From: Heteronotia binoei
Lineage: Eukaryota
Length of the DNA: 64,000 nucleotides
Direction of reading: 5' to 3'
NCBI RefSeq assembly: GCF_032191835.1
Contig: NC_083243.1
Coordinates: 164,610,001-164,674,000, forward strand
Below, one piece after another: positions 35,450 to 47,834 of this stretch (positions are counted from its first letter, which is position 1; each line of letters starts with the position of its first letter). Below the pieces are notes generated by a model that had not been told where the DNA came from, did no database searches, and saw only the letters and a program-made list of their open reading frames with translations. The position numbers and the translations under genes are program-made.

Positions 35450-37248
35450 GTTCCTACTCTGCTTCAGCAAGATGGATATGGACCTTTAAAACCACAAATG
35501 TTTTTGGCTTGATGTGCTGGAGGGAACACATACAAAATTTCCCCTTCTAATTTGAGTTCCTAGTATGTGGCACTGTTATGCATTCAGTCCCTGTTCTAAG
35601 TAAATCTCTCCATAGTTTTTAGGAGGGAAGAAAAGCTGTATTTATTTTGTCAAGCTTTTATTTGCTCTGCTAATATCCTGTCTTGGGGCTTGAACAATCT
35701 TGAAGGTGGCTATGGCTAACAATATAAATTCCATTAAGAACTACAATTAAAATAGTAAGATAGTCCAAAAAATAGCAACAAAGTCTCCAAAGCAGTAATT
35801 AAGCAGCTGCTTTATTGGTGTGAGAATTTGTGCTGGTTGCTGTTTCTCTCTGCTGTTTTATTGTGAGTTAGAAGTTTTTATAATTTTAAACTGTTAGTTT
35901 TGATGCTTTAGTATGTGATCACTATGAACATAGGCTGTTTGTACTGAAAGGTGGAGTACACATTTTGAAATGAATGAATGCGGGGATGTTGACCTAAAGT
36001 AAAAATCTATTGCAGGCAGGATTTGGGTTTCAGATGAGAAATTTCTGTTCTCCTAACATACAGCTGAGGAGGCCTCCCTCTTTGTGCAGGTCTGCCTCTG
36101 ATTCACAGTTCTCTTTCAGAGCAGCCACTGGAAGGTTCTCCAGCCTCTTAGATGTTGCTGGGGATCTGACAGGCTTGGGAAGGTGTTCTTGATGGTGAAA
36201 CTGCTGGCTGTGTGCCCAAGGTATCAGTAGGGTGTGGTTGACTGGGTGGTGCTTATTGCCTCAGGGGGATACTCTCCTTCCTGTCAAGCCAGGACCTGTG
36301 CCTGCCTGCATGCTTAGCAAAAGAAAAAAATACCTTTTGCCTCTTCGCTCTGGTTCCTCCAGATAAAAGCAGAGACATGATAAGCCTAGGGTGGCTTTCT
36401 GCATCGGCTTTCTTTTCTTTTTTGGGTCAGTTCTTGTCCTGCTTTGGTGTATTATTGGGGCTGCAAACAAGGAGCAGACAGGGAAGCTTAAATGGACCAG
36501 GAACAGGCTAAGCACTGTGGCCCCTGCAGTCTGAAGGCCACTCAGTCCAGACCTGTTGAGCAGTGCTGATGATGAGTATTGGCTCCCCTGTTGCTCACCA
36601 GTGGTAGTGCAGGAAGAGACAACCAGTGATCTGACATCGATTATTGGGGTGGATCTAACCATCCTCTGAATAACCTTCCTCCAGCTTAAGGAGGCTTCCT
36701 CTGACTTGTCGTTCTTCCTCCAATGGAAGAGCCACCTAAGCTGGAGGAAACCATCTTGGGCTGGAGGAAAGCTACTCAGAGGAAGCTCAGAATCCACCCA
36801 GATAAATGGGTGCCATCAAGTCACCACTGGAGGATTTTCCTCTTAGACTGAAGGAAAGCCTCAAACTTGAGCAAAAAAAAAAAAGAAGTGGGGTATAATT
36901 CAGGCACTGGGTTGTTATTATTGCACTGATAGAAGATCTAATAGCTTGTATAATAGCTCATATAGCAAAGGCTACTTTGCTATATGACAAATGATGTAAT
37001 CTAAAAAGATATCATTAAAATTAGTTCATTTTCTCGATTAAAACAATTTTTATTTAGTAACATATGGTAACAATATCTTATTCCTGCATCATTAATAACT
37101 TCTTTTTATCTATCCCATATATTACTTTCTAATCACCCCTCCCCCCGTTACTTGACCCCCGCCGGTGTTATTTACTTATAATACTAATATTAAAAGGTAC
37201 CCTTAACTAATAAAAAACAAAAAATTACATTCTTGTTCCCTCTAAGAC

Positions 37249-40200
37249 TTAATCATTATCAAAAATTGTCCAATGTTCTTTTATTTTCCACTCTTTTTCT
37301 ACATATCTTCTGAACTTTTTCCACTCCATCTTAAAAACTTCTAAGTCATAGTCTCTTAAAATTCTTGTTAATTTGTCCATTTCACTCCATGTCATAACTT
37401 TTACAATCCAATCCCATTTCTCTGGTATTTTTTCTTGCTTCCACAACTGCACATATAATGTCCTAGCTGCTGAAAGCGAGTACCAAATTATAGTTCTATC
37501 TTCTTTTGGAATTTTTTCCATTTAGTAATCCCAACAGAAAAGTCTCTGCAATTTTCTTAAATTCATATCCCAAGATCCTAGAAATTTCTTGTTGAATCAT
37601 CTGCCAATACTTTTTTGCTCTTTCACAAGTCCACCACATATGGTAGAAAGAACCTTCATGTTTTTTACATTTCCAACATCTGTCTGGCATCTTATTGTTC
37701 ATCTTTGCCAACTTTTTAGGAGTCATATACCATCTATACATCATTTTAAAACAGTTCTCTTTAATACTATGACACGTCGAAAGCTTCATAGAGTTCTTTC
37801 ACAAATATTCCCAAGTTTCCATCTGTATTTCTTTATTTACATTTATTGCCCACTTAATCATTTGAGATTTCACTACTTCATCTTCCGTAGACCATTTTAA
37901 AAGTAATTTATATAGTTTTGAAATTAATTTTTCATTGTCTCCAAGCAGAACTCTTTCCATTTCTGTTTGCTCGTTTCTTATTCCTTCCGTTTTAATATCA
38001 TTATCCACCAAGCTCTTTATTTGTTGCATTTGGAACCGATCATATTTATTATTAATCTCTTCAGCCGTTTTCAATTCTATTTTGCCACTTTGTAGTTTTA
38101 ATAGTTGATTATATGACAACCACTTTTCTTCACCCGTCTCAGCTGTTATTTTTATTACTTCTGCTGGCACTATCCATAACGGTTTTCTCTCATCCCCATA
38201 TTTCTTATATTTCATCCATGTATTTAGCAAATTATTTCTTATATAACGGTGAGAGAAAAAACCATCTACCTTTCCCCCCCCATAATACATATAAGCGTGC
38301 CAGCCAATTTTTTTCCATGACCTTCCAATGCTAAGAGTTTTTTGTTTAACAGCATCATCCATTCTTTTATCCACACTAAACAAACTACTTCGTGATATAA
38401 TTTTAAATCTGGTAATTGGAATCCACCTCTCTCTTTTGCATCTGTTAAAATTTCAATTTTAATCCTTGGTTTCTTCCCAGCCCACACAAACTCTGAAATT
38501 TTTCTTTGTCATCTATTAAATTGTTTACTGTCTTTCACAATCGGGATAGTTTGAAACAAATAGAATGGTAGAATATTCATTTTAATTGCAGCTATTCTGC
38601 CCAGCAATGACAAATTAAGTTTATTCCATTTTAACATATCTTCATCCATTTTACACCATAGCTTCTCATAATTATTTTTGAAGAAATCAATATTCTTCAT
38701 TGTTATCTCCACACCCAAATATTTTACCTTAGAGGTAACTTCACAATCCGTTAGCCTCTGCAATTCCTTTTGCTTATTTACTTGCATATTTTTACATAGA
38801 AGATTTGATTTTTCTTTATTAATACAAAGTTCTGCCAATTCCCCATATTCTTGTATTTTAGCTAACAACAAAGGTGTGACTTGTATGGGATTTTCATTAT
38901 AAACATTATATCATCTGCAAATGCTCTATATTTGTAAATAAATCTTTTTACTTTTAATCCTTCTATTGCTTTATCTTCTTGAATTTGTATCAGTAATATT
39001 TCAAGAGTCATTATAAACAACAGTGGGGAAAGCGGACAGCCTTGTCTTGTACCTTTGCTAATTATCATGTCTTCTGCAAGATCTGCATTTATACATAGCC
39101 TTGCACGTTGTTCAGTATATATTGCTTTTATCATCTTTATAAAGTTTTTCCCCAACTCCATTTTCTCCATTACTGCAAACTTAAAGTCCCAATTTAAATT
39201 ATTAAATGCTTTCCCTGCATCCGCAAAGAATAATGCTACTTCCTTTTCTGGATGTCTTTCATAATATTCTACAATATTTACAACAGTTCTAATATTGTCT
39301 CTTATTTGCCTTTTGGGGAGAAACCCCGTTTGATCTTCCTTTATAAAATGTGTCAAATGTTGTTTAAGCCGTTCTGCCAAGATTCTTGTGTATATTTTAT
39401 AGTCATTATTTAATAGTGAGATTGGTCTATAATTTTTTAAATTCGTGACATCTCTATCTTCCTTTGGAATCAGTGAAATAACAGCTTCCTTCCATGTATT
39501 TGGTATTTTCCCTTTTATTCTTATCATGTTCATCAATTTCTGAAGTTTTGGTATTAACTCCTCTTTGAAGGTTTTAAAAAATTTAGCTGTATATCTATCT
39601 GGCCCAGGTGCTTTTCTATTTTCATTGCATTAATTGCTGCTTCAATTTCTATTTTTTCAGTTGGATCATTCAAAACTTTTCCCATATTTTCTGTTAAGGG
39701 TGCTATTTTAATCTTTTGTAAATACTCTTCCAGCTTTTCTTTCTTTATTTTAACACCCTTAAATAATTTGGCATAATACTTAAAGAATTCTCTTTTTATT
39801 CCTTCTTGATCTACCACCTTTCTTCTCTCCACCACAATTTTATTAATAATTTTACTTTCTCTCTTTTTCTTCAGTTGCCAGGCCAAATATTTTCCAGGTT
39901 TATTTGCTCCCTCAAAAGATTTCTGCTGCAATCTTTTCAGATTCCATTCCAGTTCTTTATTTAACAAATGTCTCATTTGTGTTTGTAATATTGTAATCTC
40001 CCTCATAATTTTCTTTTTCCCTAGCCTTTTTCTCAGTTCCCCTTCTTTTTTCTTTATTTCATTTTGAATGTCCAGCATCTGTTTTTCTTTTGCCCTCTTG
40101 TCTTTATTATTCAATGTAATCAGTATTCCTCTCATTACTGCTTTATAAGCATCTGAAATTCTATATCTTCTTTATCGTTTATTTGGAAGAAAGCTTTAGT

Positions 40201-40993
40201 TTCATTTTCTAGAGATGTCACTATTTTTTTATTCTGTAGTAAATCTTCATTTAATCTCCATCTTCTCAACTTTTTAGACAATTTTGTAATCCACATTATT
40301 GGGTTATGATCAGCCCCTATTTTAGATAAAATCTCTATTTTCTTTGTTATAAGGGCTAAATCTTTAGTACCCCACAACATGTCAATTCTGGAAAAAGTTT
40401 TATGTCTTGCTGAAAAAAAGGTATAGTCCCATACTTCAGGATTAAATTTCCTCCATATATCCTCCATATATCTTCCAAATTGTTTGACCAATTCAGAAAA
40501 AGACTTTGGCAATTTTCCTTCCTTATTATTTCCACCCCCCAGACCTATCCAGTGTGTTCTTAATTGTTCCATTAAAGTCCCCCATTATCAAAACTTGATC
40601 ATATGTCACTTCATCAGATTGTTGTATAATGTCTTTTTAAAAAGCATCCTTTGCTCCATTTGGTGCATACAGTCCCAGTAACAACGGTTTTTTTGCATTT
40701 AATATTATTTCTACCGCTACAAATCTTCCATCTTTATCTTTAAACACTAATTTCAGGTCCAATTCTTGTTTAATATAACAAATCACTCCCCTTTTCTTCT
40801 GTTCAGCCAATGAATGAAATTCTAGTCCCAATTGCTTATTCCATAAAAATTTGTAATCCTTTGGTTTGATATGTACTTCTTGTAAACAAACTATATTACA
40901 ATTTTGCTTTTTAATCCAATGAAACGTTGCCTTTCTTTTTTGTGGTGAATTTAGTCCATTTACATTCCAAGATAATAATTTGTAATCCATCAT
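37249..40993 (-). pseudogene. L1 ORF2 (APE endonuclease, RT, CCHC), about 8 frameshifts/stops
   Basis: Fragments carry LLSWNVNGLN, CLQEVH, DHNPI, NYRPISLLNNDYKI, GTRQGCPLSPLLF, FADD and CWKCKKHEGSFYHMWWTC. Span of about 1250 codons. Confidence 0.95.
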
Positions 40994-41751
40994 GGTGCAA
41001 ATTCTTTATGTTCTTCATAAAATCCACGCAGTTCCTGTGTGCTTGTAATTGTAATCCTTTCTCCTTGTAGCTCAAAGCTCAAACCTTCAGGTATTATCCA
41101 TCTATACCTCATTTTATTGTCCTGTAATTTTTCTGTCAATTTCTTATATGCTCTTCTGTCATTTATCACTTGTCTTGGCAACTCCATAATTCTTACTCTG
41201 CTGCCTCCCACTATCAATGTCTTTTCAAAGTTTTTATTCATGATTTTTCCCACCATTTCTTTTGTCATATATCTTATAACCACATCTCTTGGTAGATTAT
41301 TTTTTTTGGCATATAGTGAGTTCACTCTATACATATAGTCATACATGTTTCTAGTCTCTTCAAGATCTTCCTCCAAACATACTGCAATTATTTTTATTAT
41401 ATATTCTTTCAAATCAGTTTCTTCATCCTCAGGTACTCCTTTCAGACGTATCTGGGTCTCCATCAATTTGCAGTCATGAATTGCCACTTTTTCTTGTATT
41501 TTCCACAAGGTGGAATCATGTACTTTCACTCTCCCTTCCGCCTCTTGCACTTTTTTTGATGTCACCACAGTCTCATTTCTGAGATCCTCTATATCTTTTT
41601 TTAGCTCTTCAATATCTTTTCTAATTTCTTTTTTGGAAGCAGTTATCATCTCTTTCATCCCTTTCATTATCCGGGCTTCCATTGCATCTAATTGGTCCTG
41701 CATTTTCTCCAGTGAAGTATTCCTTGCACGGGTTTGCTTGTGGTCTGACAT
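40990..41751 (-). CDS. L1 ORF1p-like protein (253 aa, intact frame)
   Basis: N-terminal coiled coil (IRKDIEELKKDIEDLRNE), then RRM/CTD-like IRLKGVPE...PRDVVIRY...YRWIIPEGL; lies directly upstream of ORF2. Confidence 0.85.
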   Translation of the reverse strand: MSDHKQTRARNTSLEKMQDQLDAMEARIMKGMKEMITASKKEIRKDIEELKKDIEDLRNETVVTSKKVQEAEGRVKVHDSTLWKIQEKVAIHDCKLMETQIRLKGVPEDEETDLKEYIIKIIAVCLEEDLEETRNMYDYMYRVNSLYAKKNNLPRDVVIRYMTKEMVGKIMNKNFEKTLIVGGSRVRIMELPRQVINDRRAYKKLTEKLQDNKMRYRWIIPEGLSFELQGERITITSTQELRGFYEEHKEFAP

Positions 41752-42846
41752 GTAAAAACACCGACAATTTTGACCTCACCAAATTAAATTTCAACTATCA
41801 GATTTAAAAGAGTGAGGCTTGCTCTGTCCAATAAGCCTAATTTCGCTGTCCTCGGAGCCTCCAGGGCTCAGATATTAATTTTTAAAGTTTTTATTTTTTC
41901 CAAAATGGCGGTTGTGACTTTCTGCTTCACTTTAAAAAAATGTCCTTTTTCCTCTAGAGGCTTCTAAAATGGTTATTAACAGTAATGTCCAATAGTCTTT
42001 ACCTTATAATCGTCACCTCTGTCGGCTCCACCAATTTTTAATGTCCCAAACATTTTAAAAATTTTATTTAAATTTTAGCCTTCTAGCAATGGCCGCCCTT
42101 GTTTTTCTATGATATTATAGTCCTAGAGTAGGCTGGCTGCTTCAATAATTTCCCTTTTCCATCCGATACTTCCTGCCTTGCTTGCCACCAAATCCCGTTT
42201 TCACTGGTAGAGAGATCTCACGATATTTGACGTATTTCCTGTGTTGGCTGTGGGAGCTGCAAATCTATGATGATGGGGCTTTTTCTCCAAAACCGCAAGT
42301 AGACAAAACAATAAATTCCTTTCCACTTTTTAGCACTGTTCTTTAAATTTACAAAGTCCAAATTTCGCCCCTTCTCCCCTTCTTCTTCCAAGCTTTCTAG
42401 ATTTCAATTTCCCACCTTCTGATTTTATTTTGTTTAAATTTAATTAGTCCCGGAATGAAAGATAGCAATCTGTACCTTTTCTGTAGTTATCCAGATCAAC
42501 ACCGGTCTTGTATAGTTTTAGATATTTAGCAGTATCAAAGAAGATTAGGATCCTGTCGAGCTTATGTCAAATAAATGACTCTGGAAACTTCTGCAGATGA
42601 TCAAAATGCAACTCGTCTCTAACCTCAAAGGAGCCCCCCTGGGACTCCCTTTTAGCCAAGGTAAATCTCCTCAGAGTTTCCTGTGCATATCTTGGACTGA
42701 TCTCTGACTGAAAAAAGTAGGCAGTAGGCATTAGATTGCCTTCCACTACCCCTAACAGAAGTTCCAGCCTGCTCCCCTTCTGAGAAGCAGTTCAGCTTGG
42801 CATTTTCCAACCCCGGAAGTCAAAATTAGTTCATTTTCTTAATTAA

Positions 42847-43075
42847 ATACTTTGGCCACCAAATGAGAAGGGAGCACTCACTGGAGAAGACCTTGATGCT
42901 GGGAAAGACAGAAGGCAAAAGAAGAAGAGGACAGCAAAAGATGAGATGGCTGGACAGTGTTACTGACATGAATTTGAACAGACTTCAGAGGATGGTAGAA
43001 GACAGGAGGGCCTGGTGTGACTTTGTCCATGGGGGTTGCAAAGAGTCAGACTCGACTGTGCAACAACAACAAAAT
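42847..43075 (+). mobile_element. BovB/RTE LINE 3' fragment
   Basis: YFGHQMRREHSLEKTLMLGKTEGKRRRGQQKMRWLDSVTD; caacaacaac tail. Confidence 0.92.
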
Positions 43076-44104
43076 TAGATTACAAATACCATACCCAATG
43101 GGTATGTAGAGTCTTGGAGTACTGGATTGTTGCATATGGGATTGTTGCAGACAGTTGCATCCATCCTGATGAGTTTTTCCCCATCCCCCAGTTTTGGTAT
43201 TAAAATGTCTACTCCCATTAAGGGTGGTTTTTTTGCTGCTAAAAGATTATTCTTCTATGGTTAGCTAGAAGTAAACTGAGTGTGATTCCACATGGCAGAA
43301 TGCAACCAACATCTCCCATAAAAATCCATCACTGTAAGCAAGATCCTTATACATTCCTGTCCTATTCAACGAACATCCCACTGCTCCCTGCAATTCTTTC
43401 AGTGCCTTTGTTGCCAACCTAATTAATTGCTGCCTGTTTTCCAAGATGCTATCAGTCTTTGTTCCCAAAGGGAGAAACTGGGGAAGTACTGTTTTTCACT
43501 TTGTGCTCAACTAAAGTAACTGTTCATAATTTATTTTATTGTTTGTGATTGTAGAGTAAATATAAAACAACCATCATAAAAATAAAATGAGCAGTGGTTT
43601 TGACTGGTTACAAAATAAAAACAGTACTTCACAGTTGAAAATTTGCTATTACAATTGATTCATGGTCACCCCACCATGAGAGAACAGGACGTAATTAAGC
43701 TTGGAGGAGAAGGAAGGGAGGAAAATGTAAAGGGACAGGAGCCCTGAGAAATCCTTATAGCTTCTTGAGTCTTCGTACTGGACAGCTTGGTGCTGCCATT
43801 GCATTTTAAGATTTAAAATATCATGACGAATCTCCTCTGAAAAAAGACCCTCCCATAGAAAACACTGGAATGCAACAAACTGACAATGACACTGCATAGA
43901 TTTCTAAGCATTGTGAACCAATAATGGCAATTCTAGACTAAAAGCTTGCATGGCAATCAAGGAAGAGAAGCTTCTCGCAAATGCATTTGTTGTTAGAGAA
44001 CTAACTTTTGTACAGAGCTATGTAAAGCCCTAGAATGATGGGGTTCCACAGAATCTCTGTGTGCTCTGGTGAATTTTACAAATCCAACATTTTGTCATAC
44101 TTAC

Positions 44105-45372
44105 TACATAAGGAAAGTAAAATTATAACCGGTAATGAAGAGAGGATGGAACTGCTCAATTCCTACTTTTCCTCAGACTTTTCTTCTGAGGGAAACAGTG
44201 CTCAACCCGGCAAAAACGAAACATATAATGAGGGTATGGAGTTCCAACCTAGGATCAGCATAGGGGTAGTACATAATCACTTAGTTTCTTTATATGAAAC
44301 TAAGTCCTCAGGGCCAGATGTACTGCATCCAAGGGTTCTAAAAGAGTTGGCGGATGTAATTTCTGAGCCTCTGGCTATTATTTTTGAGAATTCTTGGAGA
44401 ACGGGAGAGGTGCCGAAAAATTGGAGGCAGCGAATGTTGACCCCATCTTCAAGAAGGGGGGAAAGGAGGATCCGAGTAACTACCGACCCGTCAGCTTGAC
44501 GTCTATACCTGGAAAAGTTTTAGAACAAATAATCAAAGTCAGTCCTGGAACATTTAGAAAGGATGACTGGGATTACTAAGAGCCAGCATGGTTTTCTCAA
44601 GAACAAGTCATGTCAGACTAACCTGACCTCTTTTTTTGAGAAAGTGACTACCTTGCTGGATCAGGGGAATGCTGTAGACATCGTTTATCTTGATTTCAGT
44701 AAGGCTTTTGATAAGGTTCCACATACTATTCTTGTTGACAAGTTGGTAAAATGTGTTTTGGATCCTGTTACCATTAGGTGGATCTGTAACTGGTTGACAG
44801 ATCGCATCCAAAGTGTGCTTGTGAATGGTTCCTCATCCTCTTGGAGAGGAGTGACAAGTGGAGTGCCTGAAGGATCTGTCCTGGGACCTGTTTTGTGCAA
44901 CATCTTTAGAAATTATTTGGATGAAGGAATAGAAGGGATGCTTATTAAATTTGCAGGTGATACTAAATTGGGAGGGATTGCAAATAGAGTAGAAGACAGA
45001 AAAAGGATACAGGAGGACCTTGACAGGCTGGAAAACTGGACTAAAACCAATAAAATGAATTTTAACTGGGATAAATGTAAAGTTCTGCATTTAGGTAGGA
45101 AAAATCCAATGCAGGGCTATAGCATGGGGGAGACTTGTTTTAGCAGTAGTATGTGCAAAGAGGATCTAGGGGTCTTAGTGGACCATACGCTGAATATGAG
45201 TCAACAATGTGATGAGGCGGCTAAAAAGGCAAATGCAATTTTGGGCTGTATAGTGTCCAGATCACGTGAAGTGATGGTATCGCTTTCCTCTGCTCTGGTA
45301 AGACCTCACCTGGAGTATTGTGTTCAGTTTTGGGCACCACATTTAAGGATATAGACAAGCCGGAATGATTCT
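44105..45372 (+). mobile_element. CR1 LINE fragment (second subfamily)
   Basis: [53 protein letters not shown]; tail attctatga. Confidence 0.93.
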
Positions 45373-46352
45373 ATGATCATTGCCTTCTCTCAATCACAGG
45401 TGTTGGATATTTTTTGTAAATGCATGATTTAGGTGTAGTTGCCTTGAAATACTGTTTCTGTAGTCCTAAAGTTTTATAAAATAGTTTTTATGCACATGGA
45501 ATTTTAAAAAATGAAATTAAAAAGTCTTCTTTTCACTTACAAAAGCACCCATTGTGTTAGCAGATGTATATTATGACAGTCTGCTATTTACTTAGCATCA
45601 GGACATGTAGGGCAAGCTAATGGCAAAGTGAAGTATGAAGCATCTTAGCCTGGTGGGGCTTTATTCTGGGAGTGTATTTTCTAAGTTATCCATGGTAGTG
45701 ACTGGGGTGAGGCAGAGTTTACAAGGTGTGTGTGTGCACTCATGTGTGTATGGATGGGTGGCCCAGGGGAAGGCTGATGCCTTTTTAGGCACTGCAAGCT
45801 AGCAGAGACTTATCATAGGAAACATTTCTTGCCCACAGAGTATTTCTGTTGAAGAACAGGTACTACCAGGGAGAAGCCAAACACCTTTTAAAAAAAGACT
45901 GCCTTCCATCTTGCCTGAGTTTCCAGTTGGCAGATGTTATTTGAGATAGAAACTATTTCATGGCTCTATCTTGTTAGGGGCTCTTGGATTTTGATTTTGC
46001 CACATCAAACTTGAGTTCCCTCCCCTGCATTCATACAACTGTTTCTGTGCCTCAGTTCATACCATCACTTCACCTTTACCTAAACATCTGGTAAAGATGT
46101 TAACCTAAACATCTATGTTGGTCCTTATTTCTTATGATGCATACAAGAGCCTACCATTTCATGCCCCTTTTACTTTATTATAATTTTTCCTCCATAGTGC
46201 TGCTGGCTTTTAATAGCCAGGGAGTGGGTGCAATAAATTCTGTGAACAGATACGGCCTCATATGTGACAACATGCTTGTGATGCTATCTTCTTTGCATCT
46301 CTCTTCACTCCCTTCTGTGTCATTCATCTGTTGTAACTGAACTAAAGTAGTA

Positions 46353-46387
46353 ATCGCTTCTCGGCCTTTTGGCTAAGATCAAGTGTA
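46353..46387 (+). pseudogene. 3'-truncated U2 snRNA retrocopy (U2 nt 1-35)
   Basis: atcgcttctcggccttttggctaagatcaagtgta equals U2 nt 1-35. Flanked by a 17-bp direct repeat actgaactaaagtagta (46336-46352, 46388-46404). Confidence 0.92.
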
Positions 46388-46684
46388 ACTGAACTAAAGT
46401 AGTAAGATGTCTTTGTAGCACAGTGGAAAGAGCTCTGCCAAAGAAGCCCAGTTTTTGGTGCTTCTTGGCATTTATTTAAATACTTGATATCCCTCCTAGC
46501 CCTGCAAGGGCTGTTGTGGTGGCTAAAGTACAATTAAATACAATATCAACATACAGCCAAATTAAAACTTAATTTTAAAAATGTTACAGCAGTCAAACAA
46601 CAGGAATAAAGTAGGAACAAGAAGTGGCTGGTAATTACAGGCTCTGACCCTGTGTATGAAAAATGATAACTGAGTGGATCCAGT

Positions 46685-47178
46685 ACATAAGAACATAAGA
46701 GATTTGGCTAATGGCCCATCCAGTCCAACACTGTGTCGCACAGTGGCGAAAAAGACCAGGTGCCATCAGGAGGTCCACCAGTGGGGCCAGGACACTAGAA
46801 GCCCTACCACTGTTGCTCCCTCCCAAGCACCAAGAATACTGCCCCAGATAGTTCCATCTATATCCTGTGGCTAATAGCCACTGATGGACCTCTGCTCCAT
46901 ATGTTTATCCAGTCCCCTCTTGAAGCTGTCTATGCTTGTAGCTGCTGCCCTTCCTGTGGCAGTGAATTCCATGTATTAATCTCCCCTTGGGTGAAGTACT
47001 TCCTTTTATCTGTTCTAACCTGACTGCTCAGCAATTTCATTGAGTGTCCACAAGTTCTTGTATTGTAAGAAAGGGAGAAAAGTACTTCTTTCTCTACCTT
47101 TTCTATCCCATGCATAATAATCTTGTAAACCTCTATCATGTCACCCCTCAGTTGACATTTCTCCAGGCTAAAGAGCTC
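46685..47178 (-). mobile_element. CR1 LINE 3' fragment
   Basis: Reverse complement of the 18100-18665 family; acataagaacataag tail; LFSLEKCQLRGDMIEVYKI. Confidence 0.92.
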
Positions 47179-47329
47179 CAAGTAGATGTACTTAGTTCCA
47201 TCAGAGAAAGTCCTGGTTCTTGTAGTCGCTCACCTAGCTTTGAGGGGAGGAGCTTCTCTGATAACCTCAGGGCCTAATACACATTACACCTGGAGTCCCC
47301 AATGCTTTTGAGTCTGTGGACATCTCTAG

Positions 47330-47590
47330 AATTCTGATAGGATGTGCGATGGATGCAGCCACAAAATGATCGCAACAAATGGCTGCCACAGGAAGTGGTG
47401 CCAGCCACAAAATAGCTCCCATAGCTTACCTCCAGTCACACAGGAAAAACCATTGTGCAGTGGGGCCAACTGTTGCCAAAGCAACATTATTTAAAAATAT
47501 GCACAGCCAATCAGCTCTCCAGTAGACAGAAACTTTCCTGGCAAAAGCCCCACCTGGCCTCACTCAGTTTCTAAAGACACTTGGTGAGCT
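47330..47590. mobile_element. Degenerate DNA-transposon-like repeat fragment
   Basis: Repeated gcagccacaaaatg motifs and cagccaatcagctctcc, typical of the non-autonomous elements seen in such genomes. Ends not resolved. Confidence 0.4.
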
Positions 47591-47834
47591 CCAGAAAAGT
47601 GCTGCTGGGGACTGTGTGGAGGACTCCTTCATTACACCTTCCCTGGGAATGTCCTTTGGTGAGCTCAAGAGACATATCCTTATGTTCTGTGCATCCCAAA
47701 TGTGCAGACACCCCATTGGATCAGGACTTCTGCACGCAAGGAGAGGAGACTTAAATCTTGCCTCCATACAGTTTTCCTAACCTGAAATGGCCTCCAGAAG
47801 ATGCTCTGGGCTCTGCTAGGGGAATGTATTGGTT

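Larger units (their letters stand above)
37035..42821 (-). mobile_element. Full-length L1-clade LINE (5787 bp), ORF2 inactivated
   Basis: 18-bp TSD aaaattagttcattttct (37017-37034, 42822-42839). 5' end GACTTCCGG; ~1.07-kb 5' UTR; ORF1 and ORF2 present. Confidence 0.95.

Noticed and set aside
43649-43897. Minus-strand ORF with an acceptor (EEIRHDILNLKMQWQHQAV)
   Set aside because: Only a weak donor follows; cannot be linked in phase to other candidate exons.
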